Shown here: positions 31,247-39,927 of the stretch, piece by piece
How positions within the stretch are numbered: position 1 is the stretch's first letter
Layout: each line of letters starts with the position of its first letter
From: Planctomycetota bacterium
Lineage (GTDB): Bacteria; Planctomycetota; UBA1135; UBA2386
Direction of reading: 5' to 3'
Assembly (NCBI GenBank): GCA_965223545.1
Contig: OZ245006.1
Span: 7,104,001-7,168,000, forward strand
DNA: 64,000 nucleotides
The notes under the pieces: generated by a model
Seen by the model: only the letters and a program-made list of their open reading frames with translations
The model's database searches: none
Told to the model about the DNA's origin: nothing
Translations under genes and position numbers: made by a program

Positions 31247-33868
31247 GTGGGAGCCAGGCAAGCACGGCGGCGGCTTGTCGGTGGCGGACGGCGCCGGGAC
31301 AATCGGGCTTTGCGCCTCCTCCGTCCGTCGTCCTCGCCCGCCGCCCGCAGTCCGCGGCAGCGGCCCTGGCTGGTCCTCGCCGCCGCCCTGCTCGTCGCGG
31401 CAGGGGCCGGCGCGGCCGCGGCGTTCGCGCTGTGCGTGCGCATCGAGCCGGAGCTGGGCGCGGCTGCGCAGCGGCTGGTCGGTCGAGTGTTCGGCACGGC
31501 CGCTGCGGAGCCCGCGCCGACGGCCTCCGGCCTGCCGCGGCTCGCGTTGCACCTGGCGTCGGGCGGCTGGCAGCAGATCCAGGCGGACCGCGCTGCTGCT
31601 CTGCAAGAAGGGTTTCGCAACGCTGACGACAACACCTGGGTGGAGGGGCGCGCGGAGTTCACCGGCGGAACGATGGACGTGCGGGTGCGGCTGAAGGGAG
31701 TGCTCAGCGACCACTGGCAGGATGCGGATCGGTGTTCCTTGCGCATCGACGTGCGCGGCGAGGGCGACCTCGCCGGCGCGCGGCGCTGCTCGATCCAGCG
31801 CCCGGCGACGCGTTCGTTCGTGCACGAGTGGCTGTTTCTGGCGGCGCTCGCCGACGAGGGTGCCATCGCGCTGCACTTCGAGTTCGTCGAGGTCGAGATC
31901 GACGGCCGCGCGCGCGGCATCTACGCCCTGCAGGAGCAGACCGGTCCGCGCCTGCTCGCGCGGCACGGGCTGCCGCCGGCCCCGGTGGTCGGCTTCGACA
32001 AGGGGCCGTGGATCACCTACTGGCAGCGCCAGGCGCGCCACCGCGCGCTCGGCCACGAGCCGCCTTCGTGGTTCCTCGCCACCGCGCCGATCGAGCTGGT
32101 GCGGGCGCAGGAGCACGCGCCGGACTCCGCCGGCGAGGCCGAGCAGCTGCGCGCCATCGCCCTGCTCGACGCTCTTCGCAGCGAGCGCCTGCCCGCTGGC
32201 CGCGTCTTCGCGCTGGAAGAGATGGCACGGATGGTTGCGGTGCGCGCCGCGCTGGGCGCCACCGAGCTCGATTGGAAGGACCTCGACTTCTACTACGACC
32301 GCGACACCGACCGGCTGCGACCGATCGGCAAGGAGCTGCACCACGCGGTCGAGGCCGACACGCGGCGCTGGTGGATGAACGACGCCGGGCCGACCTTCGG
32401 CACGCCGCTGATGGCGCTGCTGCTCGAGGACGCCGCCTTCGAGGAGGCCTACGTCAGCCAGCTGCGCCGCGTGACCCGCCCCGAGTGGAGTGCCGCGCTG
32501 CTGCGCCGGCACGGCCGGGCGCTGGCGCGCCACGTCGCTGCCCTGCGCGCGGAGTTTCCCGCCGTCGCCGTCGACCCGCAGGGGTTGGCGGCGGTGCGCG
32601 CGGTGATCGACCACGCGCTGCAGCCGGCGCAGGCGGTCGACGTCCGGTGGACGCCGGCGGCCGGCGGTCGGCTGCGGCTGGAAATCGCCAACCTGCACGC
32701 ATTCTCGCTGTGGCCGACCGGCGTGGTCCTCGGCGGAGCCACGGTGGCGTTGCCCGCGCGCCGCCTGCGCGGCCGAGGCGCCGCGGCGCGTGTCGAGTGG
32801 GCCAACATGGTCGTTCCCGTCGGCGGCACGGACCCGGGCGCTGGCCCGGAGGCGCTCTTGTTTCGCCTCGCCGGCAGTCCGGCGGTGCACCGCGCGCCGG
32901 TGTCCCGCGGCGTGCGCAGTCTGTCGGCGGCGGACGTGACGTTGCCGGAAGGTGCGCTCGAGCGACCGTTCTGGCAGCTCGAGCCGCTGCGCAAAGAGCT
33001 GCGGTGTCTACCGGGAGAGTGGCGCATCGATCGCCCGGTGGTGATCCCGGCGGGCTACCGCGTCGTGGCGGGACCGGGCGTGTGCTGGGACTTGAGTCAG
33101 GGGGCCAGTGTGATCTCCGCCTCGCCCCTCGAGTGGCGCGGCGCGCCCGATGCACCGGTCGTGCTGCAATCGACCGACGGCAGTGGAGGAGGCTTGCTGC
33201 TGATCGGTGGTGCTGGGGCCTCGACGCTGTCGCACGTCGTGCTGCGCGGTCTGGCACCGGTGCAGTGGGAGGGCGGCACGACGGCCGCCGCCGTGACGCT
33301 GCACGGCGGGCGCGTCTCGTGCTCGCAGGTCGCGTTGTCCGCCAATCGAGGCGGTGACCTTCTGCACGCGGCGTTCGGTGTGTTCGAGTTCCGCGGCGTC
33401 GAGTGCGCCGCCGCCAGCGGTACCGCCATGGTACTCGACGGGGCCGAGGCGTCCTTGTGGGGCGGGTCGGTGATCGCGTCGGCGGCCGGTGACGGCGTGT
33501 CGAGTCGTGGCTCGGAGCTGCGCGTCGAGGGCACACTGGTCCGAGGAGCCGGCGTCGGGGTCGGTCTGCTGGTATCGGCGCACGGCAGTGCGCGCGTGGC
33601 CGATGCCGCGATCGGAAGCCTGCGCGTCGGCGTCGCGTGCGGGGGCGGTGTCCATGTCGACTTGCAGGACGTCTCCCTTTCGGCCTGCGAAGTCGGTTGC
33701 GCGGTCTACCAGAGCGACGGCGTGCCGCCCGGACCGGTGACCGTGCGCCGCCTGCGGTGTGACGCCGTCGGCGCCGAGACGCTGGTCGAGGACGGAGCCC
33801 GCGTATCGGTCGACGGCGTCGAACGCCCAGGGGATCGGCAGGCCGTGTCCGCGTGGGTGGAGCGATGA
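31247..33868 (+). CDS. Membrane-anchored CotH-kinase-like protein with C-terminal beta-helix-like region
   Basis: N-terminal TM; VRLKG..SDHW...SLRI, GIYALQE, FYYD...LRPIG; start uncertain. Confidence 0.65.
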   Translation: MGARQARRRLVGGGRRRDNRALRLLRPSSSPAARSPRQRPWLVLAAALLVAAGAGAAAAFALCVRIEPELGAAAQRLVGRVFGTAAAEPAPTASGLPRLALHLASGGWQQIQADRAAALQEGFRNADDNTWVEGRAEFTGGTMDVRVRLKGVLSDHWQDADRCSLRIDVRGEGDLAGARRCSIQRPATRSFVHEWLFLAALADEGAIALHFEFVEVEIDGRARGIYALQEQTGPRLLARHGLPPAPVVGFDKGPWITYWQRQARHRALGHEPPSWFLATAPIELVRAQEHAPDSAGEAEQLRAIALLDALRSERLPAGRVFALEEMARMVAVRAALGATELDWKDLDFYYDRDTDRLRPIGKELHHAVEADTRRWWMNDAGPTFGTPLMALLLEDAAFEEAYVSQLRRVTRPEWSAALLRRHGRALARHVAALRAEFPAVAVDPQGLAAVRAVIDHALQPAQAVDVRWTPAAGGRLRLEIANLHAFSLWPTGVVLGGATVALPARRLRGRGAAARVEWANMVVPVGGTDPGAGPEALLFRLAGSPAVHRAPVSRGVRSLSAADVTLPEGALERPFWQLEPLRKELRCLPGEWRIDRPVVIPAGYRVVAGPGVCWDLSQGASVISASPLEWRGAPDAPVVLQSTDGSGGGLLLIGGAGASTLSHVVLRGLAPVQWEGGTTAAAVTLHGGRVSCSQVALSANRGGDLLHAAFGVFEFRGVECAAASGTAMVLDGAEASLWGGSVIASAAGDGVSSRGSELRVEGTLVRGAGVGVGLLVSAHGSARVADAAIGSLRVGVACGGGVHVDLQDVSLSACEVGCAVYQSDGVPPGPVTVRRLRCDAVGAETLVEDGARVSVDGVERPGDRQAVSAWVER

Positions 33869-34908
33869 GGGCGACCCTGAGGAAGGTGTGCGCGGTGGCG
33901 GTGCTGATCGTGCCGGCGGTCGGCGCACCGACGGTGGACGTGCGCGCGCAGACCCGGTTCCTCGTCGCCGGCCACACCTACGGCACCCACCAGGGCGACA
34001 ACCAAGCCCTCTGGCCGCCGTTCCTCGCCGCGCTGCAGCGCGCCGACCTCGATGGCGCCGCCTGCCTGGTGCTGGCCGGCGACTTCGTCCGCCACTGCGA
34101 CGCCGCGGCACGCAGCCTCCTGCAACAACAGATCGAGCAGTTGCCAGTGCCGGTGTACCTGCTGCTCGGCAACCACGAGGAGACCACGCCGCTGTGTCGC
34201 GAGTGGGTCGTGCGGCGGCACGGCGGTGCGTACTACACGTTCGGCCACGGCGATCTGTTCGGCATCGTGCTCGACAGCCAGCAGCACGAGCGCGCGGTGG
34301 CGGCGGAGCAGGTTTCGTTCTTGGCGGCCGCACTGGCGCGCGCACCGGCCGAGGCGATCGTCTGTGTGTTCATGCACGAGCTCTTGTGGTTGGCCGAGGG
34401 GCGCCGCTACGCGTGGGTGCGCGCCAACCGGCGATCCCGGCAAGAGGCGTTGGCGGCGCTGCCGCACACCAACTACTGGCGCGACGTGCACCCCCTCTTG
34501 GTCGCCTGCGCGCCGCGGCCGATCTACGTCATCGCCGGCGATGTCGGTGGCAACCCGGACGCGGTGCCGGCGTTCTTCGACGTGCGCGACAACGTCACGC
34601 TGGTGGCCACCGGGATGGGCGGTGCAGTGCAGGACAACTACCTCGAAGTCGAGCTCGAGGACGGCAGGGCGAGCTTCCGCCTGGTCCCGCTCGATCCCAA
34701 GGACGCGCCTCTACCCCCACTCACGCACTACACCGCCGAGTGGGCATCAAGCGTCGACGGCCGGGGACGTACGCTGGGGCGGCGCGTGCGGTTTGGCCGT
34801 TGGGCGTGGATGAATTGGCCGCTACTCGCCGGGGGTCTCGTGCTGATCGCCCTCGCAGCCCTCACCTGGAAGTACCGAGCCAGGCTCCCGTTCATCACCA
34901 GCCGGTGA
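33865..34908 (+). CDS. Calcineurin-like metallophosphoesterase with signal peptide and C-terminal TM helix
   Basis: LAGDFV, LGNHE, FMHE, IAGDVG; ATGA overlap with the upstream gene. Confidence 0.8.
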   Translation: MRATLRKVCAVAVLIVPAVGAPTVDVRAQTRFLVAGHTYGTHQGDNQALWPPFLAALQRADLDGAACLVLAGDFVRHCDAAARSLLQQQIEQLPVPVYLLLGNHEETTPLCREWVVRRHGGAYYTFGHGDLFGIVLDSQQHERAVAAEQVSFLAAALARAPAEAIVCVFMHELLWLAEGRRYAWVRANRRSRQEALAALPHTNYWRDVHPLLVACAPRPIYVIAGDVGGNPDAVPAFFDVRDNVTLVATGMGGAVQDNYLEVELEDGRASFRLVPLDPKDAPLPPLTHYTAEWASSVDGRGRTLGRRVRFGRWAWMNWPLLAGGLVLIALAALTWKYRARLPFITSR

Positions 34909-34922
34909 TGAATGGGAGCCTG
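34870..34922. repeat. REP-like unit plus 19-bp hairpin at the IS target site
   Basis: aagtac-c-gagcc-a-ggctc; stem caggctcccgttcatcacc-agcc-ggtgatgaatgggagcctg with one G-T pair. Confidence 0.75.
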
Positions 34923-34931
34923 ACCTGAAAC

Positions 34932-36314
34932 TCACCCAGCCTCGGCGATCGGTATGAGCTTGTACCCGAGGGATTTAGCGTTCTGTCGGAGTCCGACGAT
35001 GCGTCGCTGGGTGAAGCGCTCCTCGTAGGCCTTGGCGCCTTCGTCTACGTAGTCCTGGCCGAACTTCAGCATGCGGTAGATGAGCAGGGCCAGTTTGCGG
35101 GCGATGGCAAAGATGGCGACGTTGCCGTCCTTCGCGCGGGCGATCTTGCGGAAGTGTGCGCCGAGAGCTGTCTGAGTACGTTGGAGGGACAGGGCGGCCA
35201 TCCGGAGGACCGTGGCGATCCTGCTGACCGCGATGTTGTTGCGGTGCTTCTTGATGCGCTTTCCACCCGAGACGGCTTGACGTGGGCACAGGCGTAGCCA
35301 GGAGACGAAGTGCTTCTCGGTCGGGAAAGCTTCGAGGTCGTAGCCGACCTCGGTGAGCACGATCATGGCCGTGCTCGGGCTGATACCGTCGATTCGCGTG
35401 AGATCACACCCGACGAGCCGGCAGAGGGCATCGCGAAGCTCCCGGCCGCCCTTCGTTCGGATGCTCCTCTCCTTGCGGGGGTCTGGATGCTCGGGGACGT
35501 CGGCCGTCTTGGCTTCCTCCGGTTGCAGGTCCTCGATCATCGCCATCAATCGCTTCTCGACCGACTCGATCTCGTGGTCGGTGTGCTCGAGCATCCGCAA
35601 GCCCGAAGCGAGAGTGAAGATGTGCTCCTCGATCCAGGTCCCTTGCAAGTGATCCGCGAGCTCCTTCTCGGAGATCTTGCAGCGCGGATCACGCAGTCTG
35701 GCGAGCGCTCGAGGGTCGCGTTCACCAGCGAGAATCGCGCGGATGATCGCGAGGCCGGTCTTGCCGGTGATGTCCGTTACCGCGCGATGGATCGCCACGT
35801 TCATCTGATCCAGTGACCGCTGCATCAACTGCGTGTGGCGCGTGCGCTGCGCGATCAAAGACGCGGCATGGCGTTGCAGGGTCCGCAACGCACAGATGTC
35901 CTTCGGAGGCCGGAACGAAGCGCGAATGAGGCCATAGGTGTGTAGCTTCTGCAGCCAACTGCAATCGCTGGCATCGGACTTGGAGCGGCCCGGCACGTTC
36001 TTCACCTCGCGGGCATTCGCGAGGATGACCTCGAAGCCTCTCGACTCGAGTAGCTCGTAGACGGGAATCCAGTAGACATAGGTGCTCTCCATCGCGACGG
36101 ATCGCACTCCGAGCTCCTCCAGCCAGTCCGCGAGCGCCTCTAGCTGGGGCGTCGTCGTTCCGAATCGCTTGATCGGACGACTGCCGTCGGGTGCTGCTGC
36201 GCACACCCAGTGCTCGCGGCTGCCGATGTCGATTCCGGCGGCGTTGGGCTTCACGACTGGCAATACTTCCGCTGCGGGCTTCTTGCCCTTCCTCGTTCTG
36301 CTCTTCCCAGCCAT
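34932..36314 (-). CDS. IS110 family DEDD recombinase/transposase
   Basis: GIDIG, MEST, KSDASD (DEDD); IDGIS, FPTEKHFVSW, SGGK (Tnp Ser), AIARKLA. Confidence 0.96.
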   Translation of the reverse strand: MAGKSRTRKGKKPAAEVLPVVKPNAAGIDIGSREHWVCAAAPDGSRPIKRFGTTTPQLEALADWLEELGVRSVAMESTYVYWIPVYELLESRGFEVILANAREVKNVPGRSKSDASDCSWLQKLHTYGLIRASFRPPKDICALRTLQRHAASLIAQRTRHTQLMQRSLDQMNVAIHRAVTDITGKTGLAIIRAILAGERDPRALARLRDPRCKISEKELADHLQGTWIEEHIFTLASGLRMLEHTDHEIESVEKRLMAMIEDLQPEEAKTADVPEHPDPRKERSIRTKGGRELRDALCRLVGCDLTRIDGISPSTAMIVLTEVGYDLEAFPTEKHFVSWLRLCPRQAVSGGKRIKKHRNNIAVSRIATVLRMAALSLQRTQTALGAHFRKIARAKDGNVAIFAIARKLALLIYRMLKFGQDYVDEGAKAYEERFTQRRIVGLRQNAKSLGYKLIPIAEAG

Positions 36315-36336
36315 ACTTCATCCTCATTGTTGTGGT

Positions 36337-36489
36337 GGGCCCGGCCCGAGGCGGCGATCAAACGAATCTGACCTGCGGGAGTGGGCACGGCGACGTGCCC
36401 CTCACCAGTGAAGGATGGCCAACTCGGACCCAGACTGGCTCTGGGGCAAACGTGCTCCAGTGGCTATTGGGGGCGTAGCTGCCGGGCCC
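36337..36489 (-). ncRNA. Putative IS110 bridge RNA
   Basis: Closed by GGGCCCGGC/GCCGGGCCC stem; internal loop containing CAGGTCAG identical to the element's right end; several hairpins. Confidence 0.65.
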
Positions 36490-36526
36490 CTCACACGTTC
36501 CCCTCCCCCTTCCTCAGCGGCTAGTT

Positions 36527-36578
36527 TCCTGCCCTGAAGGGCCGACAAATCTGCCGGGGCAGGACTGGCTCGGTACTT
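36527..36578. repeat. REP-like unit in inverted orientation on the other side of the IS
   Basis: ctggctcggtactt (36565-36578) is the exact reverse complement of 34870-34883; tcctgccc...gggcagga stem. Confidence 0.7.
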
Positions 36579-36598
36579 GCGTCGGCGTCCGGGTCTCG

Positions 36599-38470
36599 TC
36601 AGCGGAAGTAGCGCACCGCGCTGGCGACCACCGCCGGGTTTTGCCCCGGACCGGCGGCGCCGCCGAGCAGGTGGATGACGCCGTAGGCGTCGGTGTAGCT
36701 GCCATACGCGCCGCGCTCGGTCGGCATGGTCGGGCCGTTGCGCCAGCTGCCGGTCGCGATGTCGTAGATCTCGGTGACCGCGAGTGCGGTGGGGCCGGTG
36801 AGGGCGCCCTGCAGGCCGCCGAAGTGGACGACCTCGTTGCCCTGGCGCACGGCTGCCTGCATGCCGCTCGGCTGCGACATGTTGCCCGCGCGCGCCCAGC
36901 TGCCGTTGCCGCCCGGCTGCGCGGTGTACACGTCGGCGGCGTCGGTCGGCGCGCCGAGGCCGAGCGCACTGTTGAGGCCACCGGCGGCCAGATAGCGGTC
37001 GGGGCTGGTGCCGATCTGGGTGATCGGGAAGATCGCGCGCGCGTTGGGCATCGACGGCCCGCCGCGAAAACCGCTGCCGTCGTAGAACTCGGTCTGCGTC
37101 CAGATCGCCGGGATCGGCAAGCCGAGAAAACTGGATGGCCCGACTCCGCCGGCGATCAGCAGCCGGCCGTCGGCGAGCTCGATCACGCCGTGGCCGGCGC
37201 GGCCCCGCGTCATGCGCGGCCCGGGGACGAAGCTGCCACCGCAGCCGCTGCCGTCGAGGCGGAATACTTCGGTGGTATCGAGGGCCGACTGGATCGTGGT
37301 CGCCGGGTTGGCGTTGACCACCGACAGACCGCCGCTGACGAGCACGTCGCCGTTGGCCAGCAACGTGGCCGCGTGGCCCATGCGCGCCTCGCTCATGCTG
37401 CCGACCGGCGTGAACAAGCCGGTGCTGGGGTCGTACAGCTCGGCGCTCGCCGTCGGGTCGTTCTGCACGTCGACGCCGCCGACCAGGAGCCACTTGCCGT
37501 TGGGCAACGCGGTCGCGGTGTGCAGCGAACGCGCGACGTTGAGCGGCACCGGATGCGCAGCGAACCCCCCGGTCACCGGGTCGTAGACCTCGACCTGGTC
37601 GGTGGCGATCTGCGCCAGGATCCCGCCCTGGCCGCCGCCGGCGATCACCACGCGCTCGCGGTCGTCGAGCATCACCGGAAAGAACGACCGCGCCAGAGTC
37701 ATCGAGGCCGACAGCGGCTGGAAGCTCTGCGCCGGCGCGACGTAGATCGGCTGCGGCTGACTGATGCGGTTGTAGCGCGGCGTCGCGGTGGGATCGATCG
37801 ACAGCCCCTGGGCAAACAGCACGCCAGGCCCGGCCAACGCCGGCACCGCGAAGCTCACCGCGGTGAACTCGGTGAAGCCGGGGGGCGCGAACAGGCCGGC
37901 GTGGCCGGGCAAGATGGTCAAGCCGCCGAGGCCGACCGCCAGCTGCCGCGGATCGCCGGGGTTGAGCGCGCCCAGCGGCAGCGGGCCGGGCCCGGGGCTC
38001 ATCAAGATCGCGCCGATCGTGCCCGCCGTCACCGGCGTCGCGGTCGACAGCCGCAGCGCCAGCGTGCCCGGCGCCGAGCCGGCGATGCCGTGCAGCCGCA
38101 GCGCGGGCAGGTCGCACACCACGGTCGTCGTGCAAGAGATGAAGCCGCTGCTGCTGAACCGAACCGGAGTGCCGCTGAGTGCGGTCGCGGCGTGACCGAC
38201 CGTGAACACCGCGGTGCCGCCCGTCCCGGTGGTTGCGCTGGCGTCGACCGACACCAGCGCCGGGTCGAACCCCGCCGCGATGACCACGCCGGCGGTCGGC
38301 GGCGACGTGATCACGATGATGCAGGTGCTCTCCCCCGGCCGCAGCTGCACCGAGGCCGGATCACAGGTGAGGAACGTCTGTCCCGTCGCCTTTGCGCAAC
38401 CGAGCGCGGCGACGGCGAGCCAGACGCGGAGACGGGACGGCGAGGCGCGCCGGGCGCGGGCTGGACGCAT
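36599..38470 (-). CDS. Secreted Kelch-repeat beta-propeller protein
   Basis: Signal peptide ...ATG|QT; about 7 GG-containing kelch repeats (IAGGG, LVGGV, VSGGL, IAGGV, AAGGL, HFGGL, LLGGA) with E-x-YD. Confidence 0.85.
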   Translation of the reverse strand: MRPARARRASPSRLRVWLAVAALGCAKATGQTFLTCDPASVQLRPGESTCIIVITSPPTAGVVIAAGFDPALVSVDASATTGTGGTAVFTVGHAATALSGTPVRFSSSGFISCTTTVVCDLPALRLHGIAGSAPGTLALRLSTATPVTAGTIGAILMSPGPGPLPLGALNPGDPRQLAVGLGGLTILPGHAGLFAPPGFTEFTAVSFAVPALAGPGVLFAQGLSIDPTATPRYNRISQPQPIYVAPAQSFQPLSASMTLARSFFPVMLDDRERVVIAGGGQGGILAQIATDQVEVYDPVTGGFAAHPVPLNVARSLHTATALPNGKWLLVGGVDVQNDPTASAELYDPSTGLFTPVGSMSEARMGHAATLLANGDVLVSGGLSVVNANPATTIQSALDTTEVFRLDGSGCGGSFVPGPRMTRGRAGHGVIELADGRLLIAGGVGPSSFLGLPIPAIWTQTEFYDGSGFRGGPSMPNARAIFPITQIGTSPDRYLAAGGLNSALGLGAPTDAADVYTAQPGGNGSWARAGNMSQPSGMQAAVRQGNEVVHFGGLQGALTGPTALAVTEIYDIATGSWRNGPTMPTERGAYGSYTDAYGVIHLLGGAAGPGQNPAVVASAVRYFR

Positions 38471-38502
38471 GCCAGCATCGTAGCGAACGCGCCGCCGGGC
38501 AG

Positions 38503-39927
38503 TCAGTCGCCGAGCGCGGCCCGCAGCAGGTCGTCGACCACGCTCGGGTTGGCGCGTCCGCCGGTGGCGCGCATCACCTTGCCTTTGAGGGCGTGGAATG
38601 CCTTGCCGACGCCCCGGCGGTAGTCGTCGACCGCAGCGGCGTTGTCGGCCAGCACCTGCCGCACCACCGGGTCGAGCGTCTGGCGATCGCTGATCTGACC
38701 CAGGTCCAGCGCGGCGATGGCCGCGGCGGTGTCCTCGCCGGTCTGCAGCATGCGCGCGAACACCTTCTTGCCGGCTTGCCGGCTCACCTCGCCGTCGGCC
38801 ACCGCGCGGATCAGCGCGGCCAACGTCGCCGGCGGCACCGGAAAGCGCTCGACCGGCAACTCGCGCTCGCGCAGCGCGCGCAAGACCTCGGTCATGGTCC
38901 AGTTGCTGGCCGCCTTGGCGTCGCCGCACGCGGTGGCCACCGCCTCGAAGTAGTCGGCGACAGCGGCGTCGGCGAGCAGCACGGTCAGGTCGTGCGCCGG
39001 CAGCCCGTGCGCCGCCGCGAGCCGGGCGCGGCGCGCGTCCGGCAGCTCCGGCAGCGCGCGCCGCTCGGCCTCGATCAGCGCCGCATCGATCTCGAGCGGC
39101 GGCAGATCCGGCTCGGGGAAGTAGCGGTAGTCGGTGGCCGACTCCTTGCTGCGCATGGTCGCGGTCTCGCCGCGCTCCTCGTTCCACAGCCTTGTCTCCT
39201 GCACCACCGTGCCGCCGCCGGCGAGCACCGCGGTCTGCCGGCGCAGCTCGTACTCGAGCGCGCGTTCGACCATCTTGAACGAGTTGAGGTTCTTGATCTC
39301 GACCTTGGTGCCGAGCTGCTGCTGGCCGTGTGGTCGCACCGAGATGTTGGCGTCGCAGCGCAGCGAGCCCTTCTCCATGTCACAGTCGGACACCGTGGCG
39401 TACTGCAGGATCTGGCGCAGGTTGTCGAGGTAGGCGTGCGCGTCGGTCGGGGCGCGCAGATCGGGCCGGCCGACGATCTCGATCAGCGCCACGCCGGCGC
39501 GGTTGAGGTCGACCAAGCTACCGGCGTCGGTGTGCGTGCTCTTGCCGGCGTCCTCCTCGAGGTGGATGCGCTCGAGTGCGCACGTGCGGCCATCGCCGAG
39601 GGGCACCGTGCCGCCGCTGCAGTAGGGCCGGTCGTACTGGGTGATCTGATAGCCCTTGGGCAGATCCGGATAGAAGTAGCTCTTGCGCGCAAACTGCGAG
39701 CGCTCGTGGATGGTGGCGCCGAGCGCCAGCGCGGCGCGCACCGCGGCGCGCACCGCGGCGCCGTTGAGCACCGGCAGCACGCCGGGCAGGCCGAGGTCGA
39801 CCGGCGACACCCGGCTGTTGGGCTCGCCGCCGAACGCCGCCGGCGCACAGGAGAACAGCTTGCTGCGCACGTCGAGCTGGCAGTGCACCTCGAGCCCGAT
39901 GACGCATTCGAATCCGTGGTCGCTCAC
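38503..39927 (-). CDS. gatB: Asp/Glu-tRNA amidotransferase subunit B
   Basis: IGLEVH, RKSYFYPDLPKGYQITQ, HLEEDAGK, LRCDANIS, YRYFPEPDL. Confidence 0.97.
   Translation of the reverse strand: MSDHGFECVIGLEVHCQLDVRSKLFSCAPAAFGGEPNSRVSPVDLGLPGVLPVLNGAAVRAAVRAALALGATIHERSQFARKSYFYPDLPKGYQITQYDRPYCSGGTVPLGDGRTCALERIHLEEDAGKSTHTDAGSLVDLNRAGVALIEIVGRPDLRAPTDAHAYLDNLRQILQYATVSDCDMEKGSLRCDANISVRPHGQQQLGTKVEIKNLNSFKMVERALEYELRRQTAVLAGGGTVVQETRLWNEERGETATMRSKESATDYRYFPEPDLPPLEIDAALIEAERRALPELPDARRARLAAAHGLPAHDLTVLLADAAVADYFEAVATACGDAKAASNWTMTEVLRALRERELPVERFPVPPATLAALIRAVADGEVSRQAGKKVFARMLQTGEDTAAAIAALDLGQISDRQTLDPVVRQVLADNAAAVDDYRRGVGKAFHALKGKVMRATGGRANPSVVDDLLRAALGD

Larger units (their letters stand above)
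34920..36522 (-). mobile_element. IS110-family insertion sequence (no terminal inverted repeats; predicted AG core duplicated at both ends)
   Basis: Recombinase CDS; ~200-nt structured left end; very short right end GTTTCAGGTCAG; composition differs from flanks; boundaries inferred. Confidence 0.85.

Noticed and set aside
34882..36524. Alternative IS110 boundaries with an IS621-like CT core, including the 19-bp hairpin in the right end
   Set aside because: This is possible, because it rebuilds gggcaggaaaCTggctcggtactt and the left end contains GAGCCAGT. The 8/8 donor-guide match ending in AG and the intact REP palindrome at 34877-34887 favour the AG model. Not fully excluded.
34870..36578. 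14-bp inverted repeats read as IS terminal inverted repeats
   Set aside because: IS110s lack terminal inverted repeats. These repeats resemble the REP-like unit at 21456, so they are treated as target DNA.
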